Of a stretch of DNA of 64,000 bases, positions 13,336-26,249 are shown in pieces. Under the pieces are notes generated by a model, which searched no databases, was not told the origin of the DNA, and saw only the letters and a list, made by a program, of their open reading frames with translations. A program made the translations under genes and the position numbers. Source of the DNA: Octopus bimaculoides (Eukaryota); assembly GCF_001194135.2 (NCBI RefSeq), contig NC_068982.1:118260410-118324409 (forward strand), written 5' to 3'. Each line of letters opens with the position of its first letter. Position 1 is the first letter of the stretch.

Positions 13336-14339
13336 GCTCTCTCTCCCTCATACACGCACACACACATATACATATGGAGGTGTTGGCCCTATAAACATAA
13401 AGAGCAACATTATAGGAAAGAAATGTTTTAAAAAATGGTATTTTTTAAAATATCAGAGGAGACAAACAGTCTCATAACGTACTAGTTGCTAGCTATTCAC
13501 CAGAAGGTCAGTGAGAGGCAAATATATGGGTATGAGAAAAGGAGTAGTCAAGGTTTAAAAGGAAAATAAAACGTCAGCGAAGACACAAGAAGAATGCGAA
13601 GTGTTTGAAACTAGCTGCGGAATGCTGTTCTATAGGAGACATTAAGAAGTGCCGATTGAATGGTTCTGTAGATGCATATATCTAAGTGTACAATTTGATG
13701 GAAACTAGTAGGTGAAGTGGTATGTGCGATACTGCAGTGCTTGTGCAAAATTGTGCACAAATTTATAAGCATAATGGCATTGATTAATAGGAACGTATGG
13801 TTTTATCATTGGTAGGTGGAAAGTGTGAATGCATGTCTCCTGATGGCGAAAGTATATAGGGGAGTGTGGAAAAAATCTATTGAGGAAACACATATAGCAA
13901 ATGTGGTTTGGTGAGTATTCCTGATGTATGTATATATATACATATATATATATATATACATANNNNNNNNNNNNNNNNNNNNNNNNNNNNNNNNNNNNNN
14001 NNNNNNNNNNNNNNNNNNNNNNNNNNNNNNNNNNNNNNNNNNNNNNNNNNNNNNNNNNNNNNNNNNNNNNNNNNNNNNNNNNNNNNNNNNNNNNNNNNNN
14101 NNNNNNNNNNNNNNNNNNNNNNNNNNNNNNNNNNNNNNNNNNNNNNNNNNNNNNNNNNNNNNNNNNNNNNNNNNNNNNNNNNNNNNNNNNNNNNNNNNNN
14201 NNNNNNNNNNNNNNNNNNNNNNNNNNNNNNNNNNTACATAAATGTATGAATATACAGGGTGCAATGAGTAAATTGCTGCTCTTGCGCGCATTTCTTGTTT
14301 TTTTTATTATTTTTATGGACTACACAGTATAGTAGGATC

Positions 14340-14860
14340 CGTTGACCACCGTCTATCAGAAAAGCAGCACCATGTTGCAATTGACACCCAGAAATTTGGA
14401 AATGAAATCCTGTACTGCTTGGTATTTGCGCCGGAAGCGCCAATGCGATCATTACAGTGTGTTTGGGTGTCAATCAAAGTTCGGTGCAATCTGAGTACAT
14501 GTACCGAAGCGATAACAAAATCAAACATCCGGTCAACATCATGGTGTTTGGAGTGATCACTAGCGATAGGTTTGTTATGCTTCCTTTCATCTTCCCACAT
14601 GCCTCAGATTCAACAAGCAGGCCTACATAGATACCTGGACGAGGCGGTGCTGCCCTGGGTAAAGAGGGTGTCAAATACAAGACTCTATGGTGCAACAGGA
14701 CCCTGCACCATGCCATACGAGCAAGAGAACGCAGTCATGGCTATCAGACAATTTCTGCGACCACATTTATGCGTCCAGAAGAGTTGCCAGAAATTCCGAA
14801 GTCGTCTGGAGGCCGTGATTGAAGGCTCTTTTGATACTGATTAAATTTACTCTTTAGTAT
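14340..14860 (+). mobile_element. Internally deleted Tc1/mariner maT-like (DD37D) element
   Basis: Frameshifted translation: KIKHPVNIMVFGVITSD...MLPFIFPH...LDEAVLPWVKRV...QQDPAPCHTSKRTQSWLSDNFCDHI, joined directly to the C-terminal VQKSCQKFRSRLEAVIEG. The WPPxSPD(L)NP third-Asp region is missing. Confidence 0.85.
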
Positions 14861-14907
14861 CTATATTTATATATGTGTGCGCATGTGCGCTTGAGTGTGC
14901 GTGTGAG

Positions 14908-14952
<45 letters not shown>

Positions 14953-15601
14953 NNNNNNNNNNNNNNNNNNNNNNNNNNNNNNNNNNNNNNNNNNNNNNNN
15001 NNNNNNNNNNNNNNNNNNNNNNNNNNNNNNNNNNNNNNNNNNNNNNNNNNNNNNNNNNNNNNNNNNNNNNNNNNNNNNNNNNNNNNNNNNNNNNNNNNNN
15101 NNNNNNNNNNNNNNNNNNNNNNNNNNNNNNNNNNNNNNNNNNNNNNNNNNNNNNNNNNNNNNNNNNNNNNNNNNNNNNNNNNNNNNNNNNNNNNNNNNNN
15201 NNNNNNNNNNNNNNNNNNNNNNNNNNNNNNNNNNNNNNNNNNNNNNNNNNNNNNNNNNNNNNNNNNNNNNNNNNNNNNNNNNNNNNNNNNNNNNNNNNNN
15301 NNNNNNNNNNNNNNNNNNNNNNNNNNNNNNNNNNNNNNNNNNNNNNNNNNNNNNNNNNNNNNNNNNNNNNNNNNNNNNNNNNNNNNNNNNNNNNNNNNNN
15401 NNNNNNNNNNNNNNNNNNNNNNNNNNNNNNNNNNNNNNNNNNNNNNNNNNNNNTCTCAGAAGGCATTATTCACTCTTTTGTCCTACATTGAAATGTGTTT
15501 ATGTCTGGAGAAAGATTTTGATACTGACGGTGTGTTGCTAACGGAAAGCATAGAGGTTGTAAAGTGAAGATTTGGGCAGCCATAATACGGAATAAGCAAG
15601 A

Positions 15602-15740
15602 CTTGACTCTGTCATGTCTAGCTTTATATTCTACAGGTGCTGTCATGTCATACTTTATATTCTACAGGTGTTAAGACACTACACCTTGAGATTAGGTGAT
15701 GTATAGTTTCAATCTCACCGTTACAGAATCGGCATTTTTG
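15602..15740 (-). mobile_element. R4/Dong-type LINE CCHC zinc-knuckle fragment with internal ~31-bp duplication
   Basis: Minus strand reads PKCRFCNGEIETIHHLISRCSVLTPVEYK, then a duplicated PVEYKARHDRVK, matching the RLE-LINE motif CRxC...ETxxHxxSxC...EYKxRHD. Confidence 0.7.
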
Positions 15741-15762
15741 GACATTTTTGGACATTTTTGGA

Positions 15763-15801
<39 letters not shown>

Positions 15802-15822
15802 CATCATTATTATTATTATTAA

Positions 15823-15855
<33 letters not shown>
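15763..15855. repeat. (TTA)n microsatellite
   Basis: Directly visible, about 30 units with minor interruptions. Confidence 0.97.
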
Positions 15856-15857
<2 letters not shown>

Positions 15858-15865
15858 CATTGTTA

Positions 15866-15943
15866 TATTCAGGTCACTGCCTGGAATCGAATTCGGATAC
15901 TTGGGGTTAGTAGCCCTCGCTCTTAACCACTACGCCATATGCC
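15866..15943 (-). mobile_element. tRNA-like SINE head (family C) with Pol III A/B boxes
   Basis: Reverse complement is gggcatatggcgtagtggttaagagcgagggctactaaccccaagtatccgaattcgattccaggcagtgacctgaata. Box A is TGGCGTAGTGG and box B is GAATTCGATTC. The acceptor stem does not close and (TAA)n follows, so this is a SINE and not a tRNA gene. Confidence 0.8.
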
Positions 15944-16409
15944 CCCAGCAAAATCGTCCGACAGTTGCAAAACAATACCTTGTGAGCAAGTGAATGGTTT
16001 CAAACAAAGGAAATAGGCAACGTCGTCGCAATGTATAAAAAGTAAAGAGATTAATGTATATATGTACATTTGTATGTATATTATCAGGTATTTACATATA
16101 CATTCGTGCATGCGTACGTATGTACTTATGCTTATTCGTACGTTGGTCTGTTCGAATGTACCTAAGACTGTGCGTACATTGCATATGAGTATATGTGTGT
16201 ATAACATACAGGGAAAAATAATGGGAACGTGTTGCTGAAATATTCTAAATGCGGAAAGGTTTGTATACGAAAAAGTTAATACTACATTGTTTTTTTTTTG
16301 TTCTTTTTTTCTATCATCTTCAATATTTCTAAGATTTACTGGCTGTTAATGCATCCATTGTTGGATGCATAACCAGACTATCATATATGTAAATTGCGAT
16401 GTAGTTCTT

Positions 16410-16490
16410 CTTATATGTTGTAATTCTCTGGCAATTTCGAAAGATATTAACATCCACCGAGCACCAAAATTTCTTCGTCAGTGAATATGT
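16410..16490 (-). ncRNA. Degenerate type I hammerhead-ribozyme-like motif in a putative PLE 3' region
   Basis: Minus strand reads CUGACGA-A-GAAA...UUUC-GAAA-UU gccagag AA-UU. The core, the G10.1-C11.1 closure and a 3-bp stem III are present; stem I does not pair. Confidence 0.35.
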
Positions 16491-17149
16491 TACGCTTATC
16501 GCTCTCGGTATTATGGTGAGACAAGTATATATATGTTTGCGTATATGGAAATTTACAAATATATGTAAATATATCAGTGTAATCATATACAAACGTCGTG
16601 TTACACACTCATACACACACACACGAATAATGCATGCGTATGTATATATACATACATGTATATGTATACACACATCCCTAGATATATGTATGTATGCATA
16701 TATATAGATACATACAGCCATACACACACATAAATATATATATATATAGGAGAGTATTATAGTTCGCTTGATGCATTGTGTATTGTTTGTAAAGAATAAA
16801 ATATTTTGAATGACACAGCAATGCATTATACTACAAACAATGGACTATAATAACAGTTGTAATTTAATCATCCGTTGTCTGATATGATATTTCGGAATAA
16901 AATTCCTTCTTCAGATATCCCTAGGAATTGATGGAGTCGCTACTATAATCGGTTTTCCAAAGTTTTTTTCTTTTTTCGGAAGCGTCTTGGCAGTGGTCTC
17001 ACGAAGCTTCTTCCGAAATTCCTCATGAGAAGCTTCCCTGCTTTTTACCTTCTCTTTTTTGTTATAAACAATATATGAGCATGTTATAAAAAAAATGAGC
17101 CTACACGCATCTAGATGTAGCTAAATAATATATTGATTACCAACCTTCA

Positions 17150-17560
17150 GCCTATTGTTAATTTGGGACCCTAATCTGTATGATTATAACTTCCTTAATT
17201 ATTAAATTACCCAAATTTATTTCATTGGACTCAATTGTGCCTGATATGCTTTTGTCAGTGTTCTGGCATCTGTCTAGATATTTTCTGAAGGAAGAGGCTC
17301 TCGTGTTCAGATGTTCTTTGATGCGGACGTGTAACGGTCTTGTTGTGCTACCCATAAAACTTGTGGCGTTTGTTACGTTTTATTCTATACACATCTCTTG
17401 CAATATGCTTATACACCCAGTATTTATCTTTCTATCCTCAATCGCATTGCTTACATAAATATATGCGCTCACGAAACGCAACTTGCAACTCTGAGTCCGA
17501 ATTGCATAGAAAATCTATTAAAATAAGCTTAAAACAGAGAACATCACATTGCTAATACCA
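17150..17560 (-). mobile_element. Penelope-like element GIY-YIG endonuclease fragment
   Basis: DVYRIKRNKRHKFY, then (frameshift) GSTTRPLHVRIKEHLNTRASSFRKYL...NLIIKEVIII...P. This follows the VY...Y(I)GxTxRxLxxRIxEH...NLxIKE pattern of PLE endonucleases. Confidence 0.75.
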
Positions 17561-17660
17561 GATAAAAAAGGTATTCACTTGTAATATATTTGGTAGAAGG
17601 TTATGGTTGCAAAACGAAATACTATATTTTTGTTAGCAATTAATATATCCATGACTAAAA

Positions 17661-17735
17661 TGCCACGCAGTGGGAGTGAACCCGAAATCATTTGGCTGTG
17701 AAACAAACCTTTTACCACAGAGCCATACATGTGTC
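17661..17735 (-). mobile_element. Family A SINE head fragment
   Basis: Reverse complement atggctctgtggtaaaaggtttgtttcacagccaaatgatttcgggttcactcccactgcgtggca matches the head of the 37037 and 56673 copies. Confidence 0.65.
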
Positions 17736-18694
17736 CCTATATAAGTACTTTTTTCCCTTTCCTTTTTTTTTTCATCAGAAAAATATTAATTTAACATTTC
17801 AACAAAGCATGATTTAAGGATATCTTAACAAAATCTGAAATATGTACACTTTATACATTGTGTTGAGAAAATTGTAAAGGAATTACGATTGTCAGTTGAA
17901 TCACTAAGAGAAATAAAGAAAAAATTGAATGTAAAGAATATTTTCAACAATTCTTATTACAAACAAAAATAAAACGAGGCATAAAATAAACAATATAAAA
18001 TTTCGAGGAACATTAAAGGAGATTTTNNNNNNNNNNNNNNNNNNNNNNNNNNNNNNNNNNNNNNNNNNNNNNNNNNNNNNNNNNNNNNNNNNNNNNNNNN
18101 NNNNNNNNNNNNNNNNNNNNNNNNNNNNNNNNNNNNNNNNNNNNNNNNNNNNNNNNNNNNNNNNNNNNNNNNNNNNNNNNNNNNNNNNNNNNNNNNNNNN
18201 NNNNNNNNNNNNNNNNNNNNNNNNNNNNNNNNNNNNNNNNNNNNNNNNNNNNNNNNNNNNNNNNNNNNNNNNNNNNNNNNNNNNNNNNNNNNNNNNNNNN
18301 NNNNNNNNNNNNNNNNNNNNNNNNNNNNNNNNNNNNNNNNNNNNNNNNNNNNNNNNNNNNNNNNNNNNNNNNNNNNNNNNNNNNNNNNNNNNNNNNNNNN
18401 NNNNNNNNNNNNNNNNNNNNNNNNNNNNNNNNNNNNNNNNNNNNNNNNNNNNNNNNNNNNNNNNNNNNNNNNNNNNNNNNNNNNNNNNNNNNNNNNNNNN
18501 NNNNNNNNNNNNNNNNNNNNNNNNNNNNNNNNNNNNNNNNNNNNNNNNNNNNNNNNNNNNNNNNNNNNNNNNNNNNNNNNNNNNNNNNNNNNNNNNNNNN
18601 NNNNNNNNNNNNNNNNNNNNNNNNNNNNNNNNNNNNNNNNNNNNNNNNNNNNNNNNNNNNNNNNNNNNNNNNNNNNNNNNNNNNATATACACGC

Positions 18695-18741
<47 letters not shown>

Positions 18742-18944
18742 AATATGTATAAATATATACGTATATATGAGAATAATATATCATGAGGATGGACGATGAC
18801 AGGCTTTGAGTGCAGATCCTGACATTTGATATATACTGCATACCACCTTTTAAGTTACTGAGCTTATAATTAGCCCTGGAATATATCATGGTATAGGTAA
18901 CATGTAGTAGCCAAATAATGACATTAGATCTGTTTAATACACGT

Positions 18945-19335
18945 TAGGAGGTGCGTGCCGAATTATACTAAATGGTTTCGGATTCAGTCCAACTGCGAGG
19001 CACCCTCTGAAAGTGTCTTCTACTATAGCCTCGGGTCAACCAAAGCATTGTGAGTCGAACTGGTAGACGGAAATTGAAAAGAAGCCCCTCCTATCTATAT
19101 CAGTGCGTGTATTTATGTTTGTGTATCTGTGCTGTGTTTGTCCCCACCACCATCGCTTGACAACCGATGCTGGTGTGTTAACGTCCCCGTAAACTAGCAA
19201 TTCGGCAAAGAGACCGATAGAATAAATGCCGAGCGTACAAAGAATAAATCGTGGGGTCGATTTTTTTCGACCAAAAGGCGGTGCTCCAGCATGGCTGCAG
19301 TCAAGTGACTGAAAGAAGTAAAAGAATACAAGAAT
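18945..19335 (+). mobile_element. Family A SINE
   Basis: aagtgtcttctactatagcctcgggtcaaccaaagcattgtgag...gcttgacaaccgatgctggtgtg...ggcggtgctccagcatggctgcagtcaagtgactgaaagaagtaaaagaata aligns with the 37037 and 56673 copies. Confidence 0.85.
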
Positions 19336-19337
19336 GT

Positions 19338-19372
<35 letters not shown>

Positions 19373-19743
19373 NNNNNNNNNNNNNNNNNNNNNNNNNNNN
19401 NNNNNNNNNNNNNNNNNNNNNNNNNNNNNNNNNNNNNNNNNNNNNNNNNNNNNNNNNNNNNNNNNNNNNNNNNNNNNNNNNNNNNNNNNNNNNNNNNNNN
19501 NNNNNNNNNNNNNNNNNNNNNNNNNNNNNNNNNNNNNNNNNNNNNNNNNNNNNNNNNNNNNNNNNNNNNNNNNNNNNNNNNNNNNNNNNNNNNNNNNNNN
19601 NNNNNNNNNNNNNNNNNNNNNNNNNNNNNNNNNNNNNNNNNNNNNNNNNNNNNNNNNNNNNNNNNNNNNNNNNNNNNNNNNNNNNNNNNNNNNNNNNNNN
19701 NNNNNNNNNNNNNNNNNNNNNNNNNNNNNNNNNNNNNNNNNNN

Positions 19744-19855
<112 letters not shown>

Positions 19856-20049
19856 TGTGCTTGTGAACGTATATATATATAATGTATATATTCGTAGTTA
19901 TGTATGTTTACGAGGAGTACCCAAAGGAAACTGGAGGTTTGCAATATTATTTTACTCACTTAGTTTTAAATGTTTACACTTTTATTCCCAATTCGTCGCT
20001 CAAAAGTTATTGATATATGCTATAGAACACACCAGTCATAACAACTACT

Positions 20050-20300
20050 TCGTCAATTGTCCGGCCACGGCTCTCCAAGATCGGTTCTAGAAGTTTCGTG
20101 ATGTTTGCATTCGTTTGGAAATCGACAGTCTCTCTGAACTAGGTTTGACCTGAGGCAACAAGCGACGACCCCTAAAGCGTGGAAACCACTTGTAAGCATG
20201 TGTTTTGCTTAGTCCAGCGTCCATGTAAGCTGATTGAAGATTGACAACTGTTTCGGTTGCCATTTTCCTCAAAAGAAACCAGAATTTCACGGAAGTACGC
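20050..20300 (-). mobile_element. mariner transposase N-terminal (HTH) fragment
   Basis: ORF 20087-20290, KFWFLLRKMATETVVNLQSAYMDAGLSKTHAYKWFPRFRGRR...PSSERLSIS, follows the mariner pattern KxATETxxxLxxAYGDxxLS...WFxRFK...PRSGRPS. Confidence 0.8.
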
Positions 20301-20527
20301 TGTTACCTCGTTTCAGTCATCGTAAAAATCGACGTATAGAAGAGAAGCACCGTAGAACAAAGACACACCACGTAACTCTACGACAACACAGGAAGATGCC
20401 GGTCGGTAGACTGATGGCTGAGAGTCGTATCTAGCGGTTTCTAACTAGAGCAGCCTGAACTATAAAGGGTTTGTCCTACAGAGAAAGTTAATGATTACTT
20501 TTGGATACTCTGGATTAACACCAGTTG

Positions 20528-20632
20528 ATATAAATGAATGTGCATATTCGTGTGTATATCATGCACTTCTATATATGTGACATAAATGAATGTGCATATT
20601 CGTGTGTATAATATCATGCACTTCTATATATG
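20528..20632. repeat. ~52-bp tandem duplication
   Basis: ataaatgaatgtgcatattcgtgtgtata(a)tatcatgcacttctatatatg occurs twice head to tail. Confidence 0.9.
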
Positions 20633-23600
20633 AAAATATGTAGTCTATTGACTTTTATTACTGGTATGAATGTTTTCTAAATTTTCTACCTTTTAATTTT
20701 CAAAGTACAACTTTCATAATTTCAAACATTGGTAAGCAGTTTTAATTTTATTATTTACAGCTAATTATATGACTGCGCTTGCGCGCTTGATTTGTACGTG
20801 TTCATGTAGGCGTATGTGTGAATCACTGTATGTTGGGATACTGATACGTGCCTTAAGGTTATTAAGTAGCCATGAAGTCTAAAGACGCGAATCAAACACC
20901 AGAAAATTCTTGACCACTTCGTAACGCTTGATAGGCATGGCCAACTATCAAATAACTCTGCACACCTTAGAGTGGCTTTCGTTCCAAAGGTATTGACGCC
21001 TACCTTTTTTATTGTTTCCATTATAGTTTGTATTTTTTTTATCGATCACCTCTAGCCTTTTGAGATCTGCTTGCTGAACGTGCTCTGAGAAATCCCTAAC
21101 GTAGAGCCACGACTAAACTCCATTTACTGTAGATGTCGTCACATTCTATCCACTTTACTTCCAACCATTAATAACAGAAGTAAGCGAGAACATTATAACT
21201 TAATTTTGCTTGCGTAACAGAATTCAAAACGAATCTGTGCCAATCAGCTTCACTGTCCATAATTTAGGTCTTTTGCTATAACTATAATCCCAATATTTTT
21301 TTATATGATCTACATGTTCGTCGGGAAAATTTTCCTTAACGCTCAATAACAAATGTCATTTATAAAATTTCTTTTATATACTGTATGTATGTTTGTGTAT
21401 GTATGTAGCTGTAAATGGGATGTGATAAAGTGTGATACACAATCGAAATCTGGCTCAGTAGTGTATTCAACACTCCACTCTAATATCCAGTGTAGGTCGA
21501 CACAGGCACAAAACTCAATATAGGCTAGTATTTGGAATACAAGCCAAATAATATGATAGACAAAAATATACGCAAAAAGCAGGTTTAGAATTCAAAGATT
21601 TACAGGACATACGCGCGCTTCAGTATTTTACCTCTAGAATATCACGCAAAAATATGCGATACTGATTATCTAAAATGGATGATTGCATAATGTTCCTCAT
21701 ACACTTTTGTAATTACTTCAGCAACAGGTGAAACATCTGTATATCCTATAAACTTTTGAATACTATACCTTTTCCTGGTAATTATTTTTCGATTTGTGCA
21801 GGTGTATATGTTCCTGTGTCAGCGTGTGTGCGTGTGCTTGCGGGAGTTTGTGTCTGTATGCGTCAGTATGTTCCCTTGTGTGCGTGTGTGAATAGTAACC
21901 TAACTGTTTCAGCGCGAAACGTTTTATTAAAAAATGTGACTAATTACAAGAATCACTTTGAAAAAATGTCAGTCTCCTTTCGGTCATTTTAATTATTCAA
22001 GTCTAAGGAAAGCATCAGTGCCCACTTCCATTCAGCTTAATAGTTACAGTCTACTTAAGGAGTGACAAATCAGCGACTGCAATAAAATATTTGCAGAAAG
22101 TGGTTCGGCGTTCTTGGTAGGAAATACTTGTGTTTAGTCATTAGACTGGAGCATGATGAGAGATGAGGGAATGGAGAGTATATGAGTGGAAGTAGTTTAA
22201 GACAACCTGATGCAAGGAGATGCAGCTGTCGCAGTAGATGTACCAAACTTTCAAGTACTACACAATCGTCAGGCTTAGTAACATTTTAATAGAAAATATC
22301 GGTTGGAAACGCATCCTGACTCGTAGACTAGAGAAAGTCTTTGAAATGCAGGATTTGGTTTGTCATTTAGGATCTTTATTAAGGAGATATCCTCAGGTTA
22401 AGATGAGATCTACAACTTGGAACAATCAGTCTCATTATAATTACCAGTTACACATATTTAAGGGTGAGGTGATACGATATCTTGTTAACACATGTATTAC
22501 TTTTTATATTTCTTGTTGAAATTGACCAGCATTGCATGAACTTATTGAAGGAACCATTCTATGACATAATCCATGGAATATTCGAAACTTAGCGATGATC
22601 TACATATGAAAATATAAAGCATCATATAAAACGTTTACGCTTCATTATATATTCTATCCCAACATTACAGTATTTCGTCACCTGCAGTAGTTACGTCCAA
22701 TACTTTTTAAGCTGTGGTGATCATGGTCATTCGCATCTGCTATGCCTCATGTAAATAAAGGGAAAACTTGTCATTGATCTATACCGTCTTACCTACCTAC
22801 CTACCAACCTATGGATGAATTAATGTATGGCGGCATGTATTATTAGATGGTTATTGATTAATCTGAGTTGACCTGCATTCTAATAAAACTTCATTTTCCA
22901 TCTTGCAGGATGCCCAAATTCATTCTTCTCAGCAAGGAAATCGGTCGGGTTGCTAATTTAATCACCAACCACCCGCATCATGAAACAGGTTGTATTTTGT
23001 TATGTGTCAGCAGTAGCACGCTCATGCACCTCACACAAATACATACAGTGATTTGTGCTCAAAAACTGCGATTCTAAGCATGTGCACGGGCGTATCTATA
23101 TCTGTGTATAGGTGTGTATATGTATTTTTGTATGTCTGCTCATGTATGTCTGTATGCTCGTGTATGTATATATGTATGTATAAATATAGTGAAAGAGGGA
23201 GAGAGTAGAAGTAAGAGAGGGAGGAAGGAGATACAAGTTAAATGCTGATATAGATGTATATATAGACGAACAAATTCATACCGAGAGTCAATCACAATTT
23301 TCAGTTTAGTACTACTCTATTGAAATCCAGTTTATATCTATATTTAACTCTACACATACCATGTATATGAAGGCAGACTAGTGCAAACTAATTAGTAAGA
23401 CTTGCATTCATACATAGTATTGCAGCCTTGCTATATCTTGTACTCTATACTGCATTAAAGGAAATGCATTTATATTGATTTATCTTGCTCTAAAACACTT
23501 ATTTCTCTCTCCATATCTACCTTTATATCTATTTTCTCTCGGTCATATTCATTGTTTCATTGTTTGTGTGTGTATTTATCTGTATTTTTTAATTTATCTT

Positions 23601-23734
23601 TCTATCGATACGCACACATGCACACACGCATACTCACACACACGTATGTAAACACACACTAACACGCATATATTATGTGCTTGTGTGAGCGAGCGTGTGT
23701 GCGCCTACGCGTGTGTGTGCGTGCACGCATGATG

Positions 23735-23974
23735 TTATACATCGGTAGTCAGAATGGGATTCACATCGTCTTCAGCTTTCGAATGACATCACAGCGGATG
23801 CTGGGCGAGCGGGCCAACACTCCTGCTTATCGGAAAACTATTTACAGCTGAGTAGACTGGAGTAACGTGAAGTAAAGTGTTTTGTTCGATAACTCAACGT
23901 GACGCGCCGCCCGGGAATCGAACCCACGATCTGACACGTGTGAGTGCAGCATCTTAACCACTTGACCAAGCACC

Positions 23975-23975
<1 letters not shown>
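23735..23975 (-). mobile_element. tRNA-derived SINE (family D) with CORE/Meta-like central domain
   Basis: Reverse complement is ggtgcttggtcaagtggttaagatgctgcactcacacgtgtcagatcgtgggttcgattcccggg, with box A TGGTCAAGTGG and box B GGTTCGATTCCC, followed by acactttacttcacgttactccagtctactcagctgtaaa. Confidence 0.75.
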
Positions 23976-24006
<31 letters not shown>

Positions 24007-24753
24007 CATCCATACATACATACATGCACTCAAACATGCACACACACACACACATATATATATACATACATATATGCATATATATATATGTGTATATATA
24101 TATATAAATACATATNNNNNNNNNNNNNNNNNNNNNNNNNNNNNNNNNNNNNNNNNNNNNNNNNNNNNNNNNNNNNNNNNNNNNNNNNNNNNNNNNNNNN
24201 NNNNNNNNNNNNNNNNNNNNNNNNNNNNNNNNNNNNNNNNNNATATATATATATATATAGTGTTCGTATGAGTGTGTATGTATGTATTTTCGTGCACATG
24301 TGTCCGTTTTCGGTTTTCCAAGCTATCTCCTTGTGTTCTTACCACCTACCTATCTTCGGCTATTATCACTTGCTTTGAGTAACATAAATGAACACTCAGC
24401 ACCTGTATCTAGTTTTCTCTATCCCAACTTAATTTCCATTTCGTGACAGTTGATAAGTGACTGACTTGTGAGTTGAGACTTTCTTTGTCTTCCTGGTAAA
24501 ATGCGGTATACAAAACCACTATGTTTAGACTCAATGATAAATGAATAGAAAACAAAACGCTCAGTAAATCCCAGTACATGTGTTCGAATGTGCTACTACT
24601 TTGTTTGGGCTTTCATGTGGAGAATCTACTAAGCAGATCTCATGTGTACTCTACATAAGTCTAGCAGCTTTTGTTGTCATGCTGGTACAAAATGCATTAT
24701 TTTGTGGATATTGTCATTTGTAACAAGTAGGTGATAAGCACATAGTCCACTTA

Positions 24754-25195
24754 TACGAGGCTCAGTAAAAAATTATCCATACTTTCTCCATAACATCTTT
24801 ATTATTACCACACTGCCTTCTGCGCATGCGTGCTTATACTTGATACTATTCTGGTCACGTGATTAAGTTTAAGCCTTATCGTACCAGTTTTCCTACTGGC
24901 TTTAGAGTGTAAGCATGGGCCTTCTACTAGCAATGTGCACCAAAGAAAAACAAAAAGCAGTTATCCGATTTCTTTGGTTGGAAGATGTGTTAGGAGCTGA
25001 AATTCATCGGCGGTTTTTATCACAATACGGGGACAGTGCACTACCGCGTATAAAGTGTGGATGAGTAGATCGATGAGCTTACAAGTGGCCGGAAAAGCGT
25101 GACGCACGAAAAGGAAGCAGACGCCCGTCAACCTCTGCCACAGATGAGAAGAATCAGCAAGCTTGAGAGATGGTAATGTTGAACCGCTTCACAAT
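24754..25195 (+). mobile_element. mariner 5' end: TIR plus N-terminal transposase fragment
   Basis: Starts TA-CGAGG. From the ATG at 24915: MGLLLAMCTKEKQKAVIRFLWLEDVLGAEIHRRFLSQYGDSALPR, then after a frameshift SGRKSV...RRPSTSATDEK. Confidence 0.85.
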
Positions 25196-26249
25196 TACCA
25201 TATCTCGGATTACTGCTCTTTGTTTTTCTTAGGTGCACATTGCTGGAGAAGTGGCTATGCTTACACTGTAAATCTAAAAAGAAAAAAAGCACGATCAGGC
25301 TCAAAATATAAGCAGGCATGCGCAGAAGACAGTATGACAATAATAAAGGTAGGTTATGGCGAAAGTACGGATAATTTTGGACTTCCTGTCTTACATTTGT
25401 GCAAGCTTTATCACTAGCAAAAAACTATAGCTCTAAGAGTGTACTGTATCAACAGCTACAGAAACGAATTACTAGGGGCTATAGATAGGTCCCATGTGTA
25501 GGAAAAATACTTTGCTTCATTGGAGAGCTAAAGTGTGTCTCAAACTCGACAGCTGTCTATAAGTAAGGTTCTTTCTCACCAGAATTCACGTATTTCACAG
25601 AATGAGTGGTGTATAATTCATTTCTGCAAATTGGATAGTCACATACCGACAGATAAGATGACAAGGAAAACAAGAGATGAATGAACAACATGGAAAGAAG
25701 AACCTAGTGTTCACTATCAAGCCCTGGAATAATCGTCCGTGGACAACTGGTCTGTTTATCAAATAGCCGTCCATGACATTGGCAAAAAGGTCATCGTAGG
25801 AGAAGTTTGTTCACTCCAGTTCACGAACACTCAATTCATCAATTAAAATTACTCATTCGGCAGGTTAGGGAGGCATAAGAATGAACGGATATTCGTTGCG
25901 TTTGACAGCATGGTGGTAAAAGTCTCGTTGTTCACACGGTTTTAGGTTTTATCAGGAGTTCGTATCTGATGGGGTTGATACTGATAAATCAAGGACAGCG
26001 TCCACGCTACCCGCACGCATAGATTTTCATGCTGGACATACCAAGATTCTTTACATGAATTCTCACATACCCATTCACTCCTACAAATGATATTAAAGAC
26101 AACTTCTACAGGTAATTGAACAGTTGCATAAAACATTTCTCGTGTCCTTAAGAATATTATGCAACTCCAAAGCAATAATGAATCTTGCCTCATTTACATG
26201 GTCACTATTATGTATTATGTGGCCATAAAAAATAATCAAAACCCGTTAT

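Noticed and set aside
15866-15943. Apparent tRNA gene (also 23900-23975)
   Set aside because: A and B boxes are present, but the acceptor stems do not pair and both run into SINE-type bodies, so they are tRNA-derived SINE heads.
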